This document shows, piece by piece, positions 10,844 through 20,692 of a DNA stretch of 64,000 bases (the stretch's first letter is position 1; every line of letters begins with the position of its first letter). The notes beneath the pieces are model-generated. The model worked only from the letters and a program-made list of their open reading frames with translations, searched no databases and was not told the origin of the DNA. Both the position numbers and the translations under genes were made by a program. The stretch is from Spirochaetia bacterium (GTDB lineage Bacteria; Spirochaetota; Spirochaetia; SP-2023), in contig OZ253665.1 of NCBI GenBank assembly GCA_965263295.1, forward strand, positions 1,792,001 through 1,856,000. The letters run 5' to 3'.

Positions 10844-10921
10844 TTTCTCCCGACTGAAATGTTAAAGACGAGCTCCCAAAACTAAATCCCAAAACTAAAT
10901 CCCAAGGTCAGCTCCCGATTA

Positions 10922-10949
10922 ATATCGTATAAAACAGCTTGCGACTTTA
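10922..10949 (-). promoter_or_regulatory. Putative sigma28 (FliA) promoter for fliK-flgD
   Basis: TAAA-N16-TACGATAT on the minus strand, 79 bp upstream of fliK; Treponema fla operons begin with fliK (tap1) under a sigma28 promoter. Confidence 0.55.
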
Positions 10950-11175
10950 ATAAACTTGGGCACGCCCCAAAACTCTCCCAAACCCCAAAAAACTCCCCAA
11001 AAACTCCCCGGAGTCAACAGAAGCGCCCCAAAATCAGTCAGAGTGGAAGACAAAATTCAAGCGTGCATTTAGACCGAGGATCAAAGAACAATTGCAATTA
11101 TCCTGGTCTTTGCTACAATATATAAGCGGATAACTTGGCCGCATTGGAAGCTTAATTATTAGTCAGGATATCGTC

Positions 11176-12726
11176 ATGTTGAAAGTTGCCAGAACTCCAA
11201 AACAATTTGCAGAGAGTCGCCGCGATACCGGATTCATCGCCCACGAAGAACTCTGGCAACTAGCCCGCAAGGCCCGCCCTCCCAGCCTGGAACGTTGCCA
11301 GGAGCTGCTGCAGCGATGCATGCGACGCATTGAGCGCCAGGGAGAACTCGACCACCAAAGAAAGGGCCGTTTTACCAGCGAGCACGAGGCCCACTCAATG
11401 CCGGAATTTCGCCCACTGGAACTAGAAGAAGCCGCAGAGCTACTGGCCATTGATCGCATTGCAGATCCATGCCAACGCGACCACATCCTAGGCCTGTTGT
11501 TGGAATATGCAGGCAAACTCAAGGATGAAATTTACGGTAACCGCGTAGTAATGTTTGCCCCTCTTTACATCAGCAATTACTGCATTAACAACTGTACGTA
11601 TTGCGGTTACCGCCGCGACAACAAGTTTGCCCGCAAACGTCTGACCCAAGAAGAAATCTCCCGCGAGGTGCGAATACTCGAAAAGATGGGGCACAAACGC
11701 CTGGCCTTAGAAGTGGGAGAAGATCCCCTGAATTGCGATATTGACTACGTCCTGGAATCTATCCGCACCATCTATGCCAGCGGCGACATCCGCCGCATCA
11801 ACGTCAACATTGCCGCCTGCCCGCAAGCCGACTTGCAACGCCTGAGAGATGCCGAAATCGGCACATACATTCTCTTTCAGGAAACTTATGACTTCGACAC
11901 TTTTGTGCGCACTCACCCCAGATCCATCAAAGGAGATTATCTTTACCACTTAGAGTCCTTTGATCGGGCCATGGCGGCAGGCATCGGCGACGTCGGTGCG
12001 GGAGTTCTCTACGGCCTATCCGACCATCGCTTTGAAACCTTGGCGCTGCTGCAGCACAATCGACACCTGGAGCAAAGTTTTGGTGTCGGTTTTCACACCA
12101 TCTCGGTGCCGAGACTAAAGGCCTGCAAAGGCATGAACATCGCCGACTATCCGCACGTCATCGACGACTGGAACTTCCGCAAGGTCGTTGCGGTGCTGCG
12201 CCTGGCGCTACCTTATGTCGGCATGATCCTCTCCACCCGTGAAAATTCTGCGCTGCGCCGCGAACTAATTAGAGCCGGAGTTTCACAAGTCAGCGCTGGT
12301 TCCAGCACTGGAGTCGGCGGTTATTACGAGGAAGAGCAGCTGGCAAAACCGCAAAGTCAGCTTCAAGGCGCAGAGTCAGTAGGCCAATTTCAGACGGAAG
12401 ACCAGCGATCTCCGCTGGAAGTGGTCAAAGACCTCGCCAGCTGCGGCATGCTGCCCAGTTTCTGCACGGCCTGCTACCGCATGGGCCGCACTGGGGACCG
12501 CTTCATGGAGCTGGCGCGCAGCGGCAACATAAAGCACGTTTGCCAACCCAACGCGATCATTACCTTTGCCGAGTTTGTCCGCGACTACGGCGACGACGAA
12601 TTAAAGGCTCAAGCACAGCAGATTCTGGCAAAGAATATAGCCGACATCGGCAACGATAAAATCCGCCAGAAGACCCGCGAAATCATCGCCCGCCTAGAAC
12701 AAAACGAAAGCGATTTGTTCTTCTGA
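11176..12726 (+). CDS. hydG: [FeFe]-hydrogenase H-cluster radical SAM maturase
   Basis: FAPLYISNYCINNCTYC radical SAM motif, GFHTISVPRL His, C-terminal auxiliary cluster motif CTACYR-x-C (PSFCTAC...HVCQPNA). Confidence 0.96.
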   Translation: MLKVARTPKQFAESRRDTGFIAHEELWQLARKARPPSLERCQELLQRCMRRIERQGELDHQRKGRFTSEHEAHSMPEFRPLELEEAAELLAIDRIADPCQRDHILGLLLEYAGKLKDEIYGNRVVMFAPLYISNYCINNCTYCGYRRDNKFARKRLTQEEISREVRILEKMGHKRLALEVGEDPLNCDIDYVLESIRTIYASGDIRRINVNIAACPQADLQRLRDAEIGTYILFQETYDFDTFVRTHPRSIKGDYLYHLESFDRAMAAGIGDVGAGVLYGLSDHRFETLALLQHNRHLEQSFGVGFHTISVPRLKACKGMNIADYPHVIDDWNFRKVVAVLRLALPYVGMILSTRENSALRRELIRAGVSQVSAGSSTGVGGYYEEEQLAKPQSQLQGAESVGQFQTEDQRSPLEVVKDLASCGMLPSFCTACYRMGRTGDRFMELARSGNIKHVCQPNAIITFAEFVRDYGDDELKAQAQQILAKNIADIGNDKIRQKTREIIARLEQNESDLFF

Positions 12727-12759
12727 AGGGCGCACCAGAGTGAAAATCTAGCCACAGAC

Positions 12760-14100
12760 ATGGAAATATTTTACGGGCGGGAGACAGCCAAGGCCTTAAA
12801 GCTTTGGGGCGAAGGCCAGACGCCGCGCGAGCTGATTCGCGCTTACGGCGAGGTCAAACTAGCCGCTCTGCGCGGCCAGCAAAAATTTGCCAAGCTTTAT
12901 GGGCCGGAGTTCTTCGCGTTGCTCGAACACAGCTGCAACGAGATCATCAGCGGCACACACGACATTCAATTCCCGCTACCACTAGCCCAAGGCGGGGCCG
13001 GAACCAGCCTGCACATGAATATTTGCGAAGTCATTGCCAACCTGGGCAATCGCAAGGCTGAAAGCGCGGGGCTCGCAGAACGTTGCGACGCCCTGGATCA
13101 CATTGCCCGCTTTCAGTCCACCAACGACACCTTGGCCACTGCTTTCACAATCTTGAGCTACCGCGGCCTGCAAAGCGTCACCGCAGCCGTGGTGCAGCTG
13201 CAGGAGGCCTTGAACCAGAAAGAGCTAGCTTGGGAACAGATTTTGCTCATGGGTCGCACGGAGCTGCAAGATGCCTTGCCGATTCAATTTGGCCAGGTCT
13301 TTGGTGCCTGGGCGGGAATGTTTGAGCGCGACCGCTGGCGGCTTCACAAGGTCGCTGAACGCATCCGCAACATCGCCCTGGGCGGCACTGCCATCGGGAC
13401 TTCCTTTGCCGCCCCGCCGCGCTACATCTTTGCCGCCGAACAGGAGCTACGCAAAATAACCGGCTTGCCACTCTCGCGCAGCCAAAACCTGCCCGACGCC
13501 GTAGCCCACAAAGACGACTTGGCCGAGCTCGTCTCGGCCTACGGCCTCACAGCGTTGAACCTGCGCAAACTCTGCGGCGACCTCTTGCTGTATACCTCCA
13601 GCCTCAACGGCGAGCTGAGCCACCCCGAATTGCAGTACGGCTCCAGCATCATGCCCTCCAAAGTCAACCCAGTGCTACTGGAATACGCCAGTGGCCTCGG
13701 AGTCAGCGTTGAGACCGAAGCCCGGCGCCTGCAATCCTATGCCGCCATGGGGCAGCTACAGCTCAACGCTTACATCCCATTCATGATTGAGGCCATGCTG
13801 CGCTGTCAAGGGGCTTTGACGGCGGCCCTGCGCAGCCTGGCGCGCGATTTACTGCCTGAATTAAAACTAAATGGCGCGCGCATTGAAGCCAACTTGAGCC
13901 GCAGCCCGGCGCTACTCAACACCTTGCGTCACGTAGTGGATTACAGCCAGCTCAAGGCCCTGCTGCCAGAATTGCGCACGCAGAATCCAAATGACAGAGA
14001 AGAACTGGCGCAATGGCTGGCCCAAAGGCTTGAGCGAGGCGGGCAAAAACTACAAGCCGATGAAATCCTGCGTCACTTTGACGGCATAGAATTCCATTGA
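12760..14100 (+). CDS. Aspartate ammonia-lyase-like protein (fumarase/aspartase superfamily), hydG-associated paralog
   Basis: QGGAGTS, QSTNDT, MGRTELQDA, GGTAIGT and GSSIMPSKVNP signature; 33 bp downstream of hydG. Confidence 0.88.
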   Translation: MEIFYGRETAKALKLWGEGQTPRELIRAYGEVKLAALRGQQKFAKLYGPEFFALLEHSCNEIISGTHDIQFPLPLAQGGAGTSLHMNICEVIANLGNRKAESAGLAERCDALDHIARFQSTNDTLATAFTILSYRGLQSVTAAVVQLQEALNQKELAWEQILLMGRTELQDALPIQFGQVFGAWAGMFERDRWRLHKVAERIRNIALGGTAIGTSFAAPPRYIFAAEQELRKITGLPLSRSQNLPDAVAHKDDLAELVSAYGLTALNLRKLCGDLLLYTSSLNGELSHPELQYGSSIMPSKVNPVLLEYASGLGVSVETEARRLQSYAAMGQLQLNAYIPFMIEAMLRCQGALTAALRSLARDLLPELKLNGARIEANLSRSPALLNTLRHVVDYSQLKALLPELRTQNPNDREELAQWLAQRLERGGQKLQADEILRHFDGIEFH

Positions 14101-14225
14101 GAATTTTTTTGAGCATGGGCAGACGCCGCCCGCCAATTCATTTCCAGTGGCGTGACACAAGCCGCCGATCTCCTTATTATGGCGCTGCTCCTATACGCAA
14201 CTTGAAGAGCCCCAGGAGCCGAGGT

Positions 14226-15554
14226 ATGAACCCAATGAACCCAATCCTCACAGAATTACAGCAGCGCGGCCTGATACAACAGTGCAGCGACCTCAATGCC
14301 TTGAGCGAGCGCCTGGATGCCGACAAGTATGGCCCCTTGCCCTTTTATCTGGGCATTGATCCCACCGCGGCGTCGCTGCACTGTGGCCACATGCTGCCCG
14401 TGCTGCTAGCCAAACGCCTGGCGCTAGGCGGCCATCAGCCGCTACTGCTAGTCGGCTCTGGCACCGCCCAGATCGGGGATCCTTCGGGCAAAACCGAGAT
14501 GCGCAAGATGCTCACAAAGCAAGATATTGCGGCCAATGCCCGATCCATTCGGCCCCAGATCGAAAAAATCTTTGCCGATTGCCCGACTCAGCCCATTTGG
14601 TTCGACAATGCCAGCTGGCTGGACAACCTGAACTACATAGAATTTCTGCGGCATATCGGACGGCATTTCTCGGTCAACCGCATGCTTAGTTTCGAGAGTT
14701 ACAAACAGCGCTTAGAACGCGGCCTGTCATTTATCGAATTCAACTACCAATTGCTGCAATCCTACGATTACCTGCAGCTGTTTGAACGACACGAGTGCCG
14801 GTTGCAAATCGGCGGCGACGACCAGTGGGGCAACATGGTCTCTGGTATGGACCTGATCCGTCGCTGTAGTTTTCAGCGCGGGGGCGAAGCCTCAGTAGCC
14901 GCGCACCATTTGCCACAAGTTCTGACAGTTCCGTTAGTTGTGACTTCGAGTGGCAAAAAGATGGGAAAGACCGAGCAGGGAGCGATTTTCATTGACCCTG
15001 AACTGACCACGCCGTTTGATTTTTTCCAATATTGGCGCAATTGCAGTGATTCCGACGTCGAAAAATTCTTGCTGTTTTTCACCTTCCGCAGCATCGCCGA
15101 AATCCGCGAACTGTGCCGGGAGAGCGGTGCCGCCCTGAATGAGGCCAAAAAAGTCCTGGCCTACGAAATGTGCCGCACTGTTCACGGTCAAGAAGAGGCG
15201 GACAAGACTCTGGCGGCCATTGAAATCAGTTTTGGAACCGTCGGGGCAGCGGTAGCCGTCGGGACGGCTTTAGCCATCGGGGCGGCTTTAGCCGGGGCCG
15301 TAGACGTCCCCGGCGCCGAGCTCGCGGCCACACGCCTGAAAGCCGGTATTGCCCTCGTCGACCTCTATGTTGAGGCCGGGCTCAGTACCTCGCGCAACGA
15401 AGCCCGGCGCCTGATCCAAGGCGGCGGTGCCAGTGTCAACGGCCAGAAAATCCTCGATGTCGAACACGAGGTCAAGGCCGACGACCAGGAAGACGGAGCT
15501 CTATTATTAAAGGCCGGCAAGAAGCGCTTTTTCCGCTTTCGCATTGTGGACTAA
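14226..15554 (+). CDS. tyrS: Tyrosine--tRNA ligase
   Basis: YLGIDPTAASLHCGH (HIGH variant), LQIGGDDQWGN, KMGKT and C-terminal S4-like domain; start ATG at 14226 (or 14235). Confidence 0.97.
   Translation: MNPMNPILTELQQRGLIQQCSDLNALSERLDADKYGPLPFYLGIDPTAASLHCGHMLPVLLAKRLALGGHQPLLLVGSGTAQIGDPSGKTEMRKMLTKQDIAANARSIRPQIEKIFADCPTQPIWFDNASWLDNLNYIEFLRHIGRHFSVNRMLSFESYKQRLERGLSFIEFNYQLLQSYDYLQLFERHECRLQIGGDDQWGNMVSGMDLIRRCSFQRGGEASVAAHHLPQVLTVPLVVTSSGKKMGKTEQGAIFIDPELTTPFDFFQYWRNCSDSDVEKFLLFFTFRSIAEIRELCRESGAALNEAKKVLAYEMCRTVHGQEEADKTLAAIEISFGTVGAAVAVGTALAIGAALAGAVDVPGAELAATRLKAGIALVDLYVEAGLSTSRNEARRLIQGGGASVNGQKILDVEHEVKADDQEDGALLLKAGKKRFFRFRIVD
15240..15293 (+). repeat. 18-bp tandem repeat x3 in the tyrS linker (VGAAVA/VGTALA/IGAALA)
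   Basis: gtcggggcagcggtagcc gtcgggacggctttagcc atcggggcggctttagcc. Confidence 0.9.
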
Positions 15555-15648
15555 AAATTCTAGCCTGTGCGCCACAGCCAGGGCTTCCCACCAGTCCGCA
15601 ACAGCTCTGTGTACCGCCTGCTGCACGAATAAATTTCGCAGCAAAATT

Positions 15649-16542
15649 TTACCTATAATCTGCTTTTGTCGCCTGCTCTAAAGAGTCGCGGCGTATTTCA
15701 ATCTGATCCATAGCACTGAATAATTGTGCTTTTTCCATCACATGAGTCAGCTTACTATCTTTACAGTAAAATCTTAGCTGTGGAAAGTTCAGCTCTAAGT
15801 CCTGGACCTCTTTGCGTTTCTTTAAAAAGACTTCAAGTTTAGCAAAATCCTCTGGTTCTCTGATTTCCAGCAAGAATAGAATCTGACCTAGTTGAGCTAC
15901 TTTTTCAGTGCGTATAATCCTGCCTTGCTTGATAAAGGTTACACGATGGCAAAGCTCTTCCACTTCACTCAATATGTGTGAAGAAAAAAGAATACTTGTT
16001 CCTTCTGACTGATTCAATTCTCTCAAAAATGAAAAGATATGATCCTTCATTACAGGGTCGAGACCGGTGCTGATTTCGTCCATGACAAGGATTTTGGGGC
16101 GGTTGATAATAGCGTTGATCAAAGAGATTTTTCGCTTGTTCCCTTTAGAGAGTTTTTTTACTCTCTGTCGTAAATCAAGTTCTAACGTATCGGCAAATCT
16201 TCTGATCTGGGGGAGCGCATTTTTGACTCCCTTCAGAGAGGCCATATATCGCATATTCTCTATGGCGCTGCTGTCTTCATACAGAAAATCTTCACTTCCC
16301 ATAAAACCGGTGAAACGGTGAATCGCCATGGCTTCTTTACTGACGGACTTTCCTAGAATTCTAGCCTCTCCCACACTCGGATAGATAAAATTTGACAATA
16401 TATTTATAGTAGTCGTTTTGCCGGCGCCATTAGGCCCGATAAACCCCATAAACTCGCCTTCACAGACATTTAAGCCAATCTGATCCAAAGCCAGTTTGCT
16501 TTTGTAATATTTGCTTACTCCGTCGATTTCTATCGCCTGCAT
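15649..16542 (-). CDS. ABC-2 type exporter ATP-binding protein
   Basis: Walker A GPNGAGKTT, signature LSKGNKRK, Walker B LVMDE, H-loop SSH. Confidence 0.93.
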   Translation of the reverse strand: MQAIEIDGVSKYYKSKLALDQIGLNVCEGEFMGFIGPNGAGKTTTINILSNFIYPSVGEARILGKSVSKEAMAIHRFTGFMGSEDFLYEDSSAIENMRYMASLKGVKNALPQIRRFADTLELDLRQRVKKLSKGNKRKISLINAIINRPKILVMDEISTGLDPVMKDHIFSFLRELNQSEGTSILFSSHILSEVEELCHRVTFIKQGRIIRTEKVAQLGQILFLLEIREPEDFAKLEVFLKKRKEVQDLELNFPQLRFYCKDSKLTHVMEKAQLFSAMDQIEIRRDSLEQATKADYR

Positions 16543-16582
16543 CTATATTTACTCTCATCAAACTTTGACTTGCTAAAAACGC

Positions 16583-17410
16583 CTAAGACAGGTAGTCGCG
16601 CTTTATATACCGCAACGCGGCCAATACTAGCGCCACTGCGCTAAAAAGAAGCACAGTAGCAAACTCAGGCCAACTTACCCCTTCAAGGTGAAAAAGGAAA
16701 TGCTGGAAAAACAAATATCTGCCAAAGAGTACAAAAGCATTCAGTGCAGGAGCATATTTCTCGTCGATCGGTATCTCTTCGTTGGAATATTCCGGTATAA
16801 AAGAGAAAACCTCCCAGTATCCTGAAGCTATGACGCTGTATAAGAAAACAAGCATCACAAGCCACCCAGCAAAACGCTGCCCAAGGAATTGACAGGGAAG
16901 AGCCAACAATGCGATTAGGCTGATGCTATTAATCAGATGTTTGAGATAGATCAGATAGGTATAATAGGGCAACTGCTTTGCCAAGTCGGATCGCAGGCCT
17001 TCCGATAGATACGGAAACAGCACCAGAAAACCAGCCAATACTTGAACAGTCTGTGCCACTATTGTAGCGAGTACGATAAATAAAAATCTTGCCACGAAAA
17101 TTTGCAAACGACTGTAAGGCGCGGCCAGTAAAAAGAAAATGGTCTTCTGCTGCCTCTCGCCATAGAAAATACCAATAGTGGTCAAGCCGGCATAAAGAGC
17201 TCCGAAAAGCATTGGAATCAAAATCAACAATGGCGTAACAATCATTAATTCAGAATCCGAGATCACCTGATCAGGCCCTTCAGAATGGTAAGCCCGATCG
17301 TCGGTAAACAGCAGACTAAAAAATATGAGCATAAGCATATAAATAACAGTACCGGCAAGTGAAAGCCAGTGGTTCCAGTTTTTACATTCATGCCAGATTA
17401 TTTTTTGCAT
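16583..17410 (-). CDS. ABC-2 type exporter permease
   Basis: About 6 hydrophobic segments, GERQQKTIFFLLAAPYSR (E-x-x-x-x-T-x-x-x-L-L-x-x-P) motif, C-terminal KRD; upstream of the ATPase. Confidence 0.8.
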   Translation of the reverse strand: MQKIIWHECKNWNHWLSLAGTVIYMLMLIFFSLLFTDDRAYHSEGPDQVISDSELMIVTPLLILIPMLFGALYAGLTTIGIFYGERQQKTIFFLLAAPYSRLQIFVARFLFIVLATIVAQTVQVLAGFLVLFPYLSEGLRSDLAKQLPYYTYLIYLKHLINSISLIALLALPCQFLGQRFAGWLVMLVFLYSVIASGYWEVFSFIPEYSNEEIPIDEKYAPALNAFVLFGRYLFFQHFLFHLEGVSWPEFATVLLFSAVALVLAALRYIKRDYLS

Positions 17411-17756
17411 ATTATTCTTTTATAATGAGATATAGCAAGCCATATCACATCTCTCTATTTGTTTTTAAAATCATTCTAGAATACTTTGAGTCTAGATTTT
17501 TATAACACGCTTTAAGATATCATTAGACTTAACCCTTTTAAACTTTAACTAAAAAGTATCTTAAGAAGAATTTGCTACAAGTCAATAAGATTGCCCAGGA
17601 AGATTACAGTATGCCCAGATAAAATTAACTTTTTAAAGCACGACTTGAAATAAAAGTTAATATTGAGTTCCGGTTGCTGTATGATTACAGATTCGCTAGC
17701 CCGGCAGGAACTCAAACGCAAGACCGCCTTGCCACGGATGGCCTGCTGAGATATGC

Positions 17757-18503
17757 TTGGATGCAAAAATTGGGGTTATTTTTGTGCTGTTTAACAAGGA
17801 AGACGAAGGGCGTGTACAGGAGTTTATCGCCGAACTGCGCAGCATGAAACTTACGGTCGAAGGTATGGTCGAAGATTATGATCGCCTGATTGCCCTATAT
17901 GATATTTCTTTCTTCTTTCGCATTTACTTGCGCAGTTGTGCCCAGGCCTTACACGACCGCGCCTCTGAAGCAGACAAGCAAAGCTCTTTGAATGCCGCCC
18001 GTTATATCCAGTTCTTTGAAACCGAGCTGACGACTATGCCAAGAATGATCTATCTGTTCCAAAGTGCTTATGGCAGTCGCTTCGTGCGCAGCGTATACCA
18101 AGCTTCATACTTGACTTTTATCGAACGCCAGCAACAGGCCACGGAGTTCCTGAAAAAGTGCGTCGCAGAGCACGACAAGTTTGGTTTCTTCCGCAAGACG
18201 ATTGCCACCATTGAAGACAACCAACTAATCGAAGAACCCAAAATCCTCAATCCGCGCATCAAGGGCAAGCCCCACAACCGCCCCCTGAACCAGCAGGCCC
18301 AAAGCCTTCCCAGAATTGAGGAATCCGAGCAGCCCGCCAGACAGCTGGACTCACAACATCGGGGAGACCGGTTGGTAGACCGCCTGCCGAGGCACGACGA
18401 CCAGAAGCATAGCAGCAGCAAGCAGAGCCCGGCGGCTAAGAGCTCAATCCGCAGACAAGCCTCTAATGCGGGGAGACACCCGTTTGGGCAGCTTAAATAC
18501 TGA
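17757..18503 (+). CDS. Hypothetical protein (helical N-terminal domain, disordered C-tail); start uncertain
   Basis: 248-aa ORF with protein-like composition filling the gap; no recognised motif. Confidence 0.6.
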   Translation: MDAKIGVIFVLFNKEDEGRVQEFIAELRSMKLTVEGMVEDYDRLIALYDISFFFRIYLRSCAQALHDRASEADKQSSLNAARYIQFFETELTTMPRMIYLFQSAYGSRFVRSVYQASYLTFIERQQQATEFLKKCVAEHDKFGFFRKTIATIEDNQLIEEPKILNPRIKGKPHNRPLNQQAQSLPRIEESEQPARQLDSQHRGDRLVDRLPRHDDQKHSSSKQSPAAKSSIRRQASNAGRHPFGQLKY

Positions 18504-18705
18504 GGACATAAGTGCCCTCCCCACCCACCCCCCAATTGCGACAAAAAAGACAGCCCATTTCTTTATGATCACGAAAATTTTAGTTGGGCTAGTGACAATA
18601 TTTTACCAATTTTAATCACGCCAGAATGCGATCTTGACTTACTAAAGCTTTTGCTTCATAATTTGACGGTATTTTAAATAAGAAATTGTAATCTGCTCTG
18701 TATGA

Positions 18706-19059
18706 TTGAAAGCCAATTTGGAAATTATTGAGATTCAAAAATTAATTAACGCCCAGATGCTCTGCGGCGAACCCACGGGTGTCAACTACCTCTACGCCTT
18801 CTGCTCGGATCTAATGAGTGACGTCCTGACCAGTTATGCCGAACACGCCTTGCTAGTCACAGGATTAATCAGCGCACAAACCATACGCACAGCCGAAATG
18901 GCCGACATCAGTTGCATTATTTTTGCCCGCAATAAAGCCGTTCCCCCTGATATGCTGGCTCTGGCCCAGCAAACAGAAATAACTTTGCTACAAAGTTCAT
19001 ACACCGTATTCGAGATCTGTGGCAAGCTATATCAAGCAGGTATTCGCCCGGTATACTGA
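18706..19059 (+). CDS. DRTGG domain protein
   Basis: AFCSDLMSDVL..LLVTGL..TIRTAEMADI..IIFARNK..CGKLY pattern. Confidence 0.85.
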   Translation: MKANLEIIEIQKLINAQMLCGEPTGVNYLYAFCSDLMSDVLTSYAEHALLVTGLISAQTIRTAEMADISCIIFARNKAVPPDMLALAQQTEITLLQSSYTVFEICGKLYQAGIRPVY

Positions 19060-19491
19060 CACAGCCAACTCATAAATTCACAGTTGATGGAGAAAAAACA
19101 ATACAACTGTATAAAAATCCAAACTGTTACCGTGTGGGCGGCGGGCATGTTTTGCCGGTTTTGAGCCTTTTCTGCTTTGACTGTTAAAACAACTGCGGCA
19201 AGCGCAATAAACCATTCAAAACAAATGCAAAATTCCACAAATTTTCTGCAAAATTTCTCCAGAATTACACGCGCAACTTTTGTGTGCCAATCCTGCTTTT
19301 TCATTCTTCACGCTCTCCACAAACAAAGGCCGCATGAGTTGCCTGCTTGAGGGACTGGAGGCCCTAAAAACATTCAACTTATTTATTGGAGCATCCCGAT
19401 AATTTAATTGACTTTTACTATCTATTTCATTATATTTTTTGCTTGTAATTACTACATTTTACCAATGTAAAATAATACAAAGGAGTTTCTT

Positions 19492-20235
19492 ATGCTAAGC
19501 AATAAAGAAGGCCAAACAATTCCCCAAATCACATTCCATGTGCGCCGTGAAGACACATGGCAAGATGTCAGCACGGATGATTTATTCAAAGGCAAAAAAG
19601 TCATTGTTTTTAGTTTGCCAGGTGCTTTTACCCCGACCTGTTCCTCTAGTCACCTGCCGCGTTATAACGAGCTGTTTCCCACTTTCCAAAAATATGGTAT
19701 CGACTCAATCCTCTGCGTTTCTGTCAACGATACCTTCGTAATGAACGCCTGGAAGGCCGATCTGGATGCCCAGCATATTGATGTAATTCCCGACGGTAAT
19801 GGCGAATTCACCGCTGCCATGGGCATGCTCGTCGATAAAAACGACTTGGGTTTTGGCAAACGCTCCTGGCGCTACAGCATGCTCGTCAAAAACGGCGTAA
19901 TCGACAAGATGTTTATCGAGCCTGAAGAACCGGGTGACCCATTTAAGGTGTCAGATGCCGATAGTATGCTGCATTATATTGCCCCTGAGCACAAGGCTCA
20001 GCAATCCATCGCTGTGTTTACGCGTCCCGGCTGCCCTTATTGTGGCAAGGCCAAACAGGCTTTAGGCGAACGCGGCCTCCAATATGAAGAAATCATCTTG
20101 GGCCAGGACGTATCCGTCGTGAGTCTGCGCGCCATTGCGCAGCAAACCAGTACGCCCCAGGTTTTCATCGGTGGCAAACTCATTGGTGGCAGCGAAGAAC
20201 TGGCCTCCTACTTGGCCGCGAATACCGAAATCTAA
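19492..20235 (+). CDS. Hybrid peroxiredoxin-glutaredoxin (Prx5-Grx, PGdx type)
   Basis: PGAFTPTCSSSHLP Prx5 active site fused to a CPYC glutaredoxin domain with PQVFIGG; AAGGAG RBS. Confidence 0.95.
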   Translation: MLSNKEGQTIPQITFHVRREDTWQDVSTDDLFKGKKVIVFSLPGAFTPTCSSSHLPRYNELFPTFQKYGIDSILCVSVNDTFVMNAWKADLDAQHIDVIPDGNGEFTAAMGMLVDKNDLGFGKRSWRYSMLVKNGVIDKMFIEPEEPGDPFKVSDADSMLHYIAPEHKAQQSIAVFTRPGCPYCGKAKQALGERGLQYEEIILGQDVSVVSLRAIAQQTSTPQVFIGGKLIGGSEELASYLAANTEI

Positions 20236-20252
20236 AACGTATTTTCGCGACA

Positions 20253-20280
20253 AAAAAGAGTCTCGAAAGAGGCTCTTTTT
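20253..20280 (+). terminator. Intrinsic terminator after Prx-Grx
   Basis: aaaaagagtctc-GAAA-gaggctcttttt hairpin with U-tract. Confidence 0.85.
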
Positions 20281-20370
20281 CATACTAGGATTCAGTAACG
20301 GCTTAATGTGCCGCCTCTGCCGGCACCTTGAAAGATTTTACGTTTCTGCATCTACTTCTTTTATATAGAA

Positions 20371-20650
20371 CTAAATTGAAGAGGGGCAACCTTCAACAAG
20401 CCCAACACAATCATTCAAGATTTTAGAACCAAAGCTGGTCAATTTACCAGATTGATTTAAAACCTCAGTAGTCTGACGGAATTTTTCTTTGAAAGCGGTG
20501 TGATTGTTGGCTTCGTTATAGTGACTCTGAACCTCACTGGATTCCAACAAACCAGAGCAAACTAAAGCATCAAATGCGTAGATGGTGCGAGCGAACACAA
20601 AATTAGTCGATCGGTCGGATAATGACGCTGATTCATGCAGAAATTAAAGA
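20371..20650 (-). pseudogene. Gene remnant, possibly the C-terminal part of an HExxH-motif protein
   Basis: In-frame reading F-L-H-E-S-A follows a TAA, then about 85 aa ending GKLTSFGSKIL; no valid start or RBS. Confidence 0.35.
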
Positions 20651-20692
20651 GAGCATCAAGTATTTGGTGGCAGGTATTCAGTCCAGAACAAT

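Noticed and set aside
10591..11010. Tandem repeats and C/A-rich tracts as a CRISPR array
   Set aside because: Units are 12-13 bp and contiguous, with no unique spacers and no cas genes
14097..14225. N-terminal extension of TyrS or a T-box leader
   Set aside because: The extension is non-homologous and the real start is at 14226/14235; the spacer is too short and lacks the T-box motif
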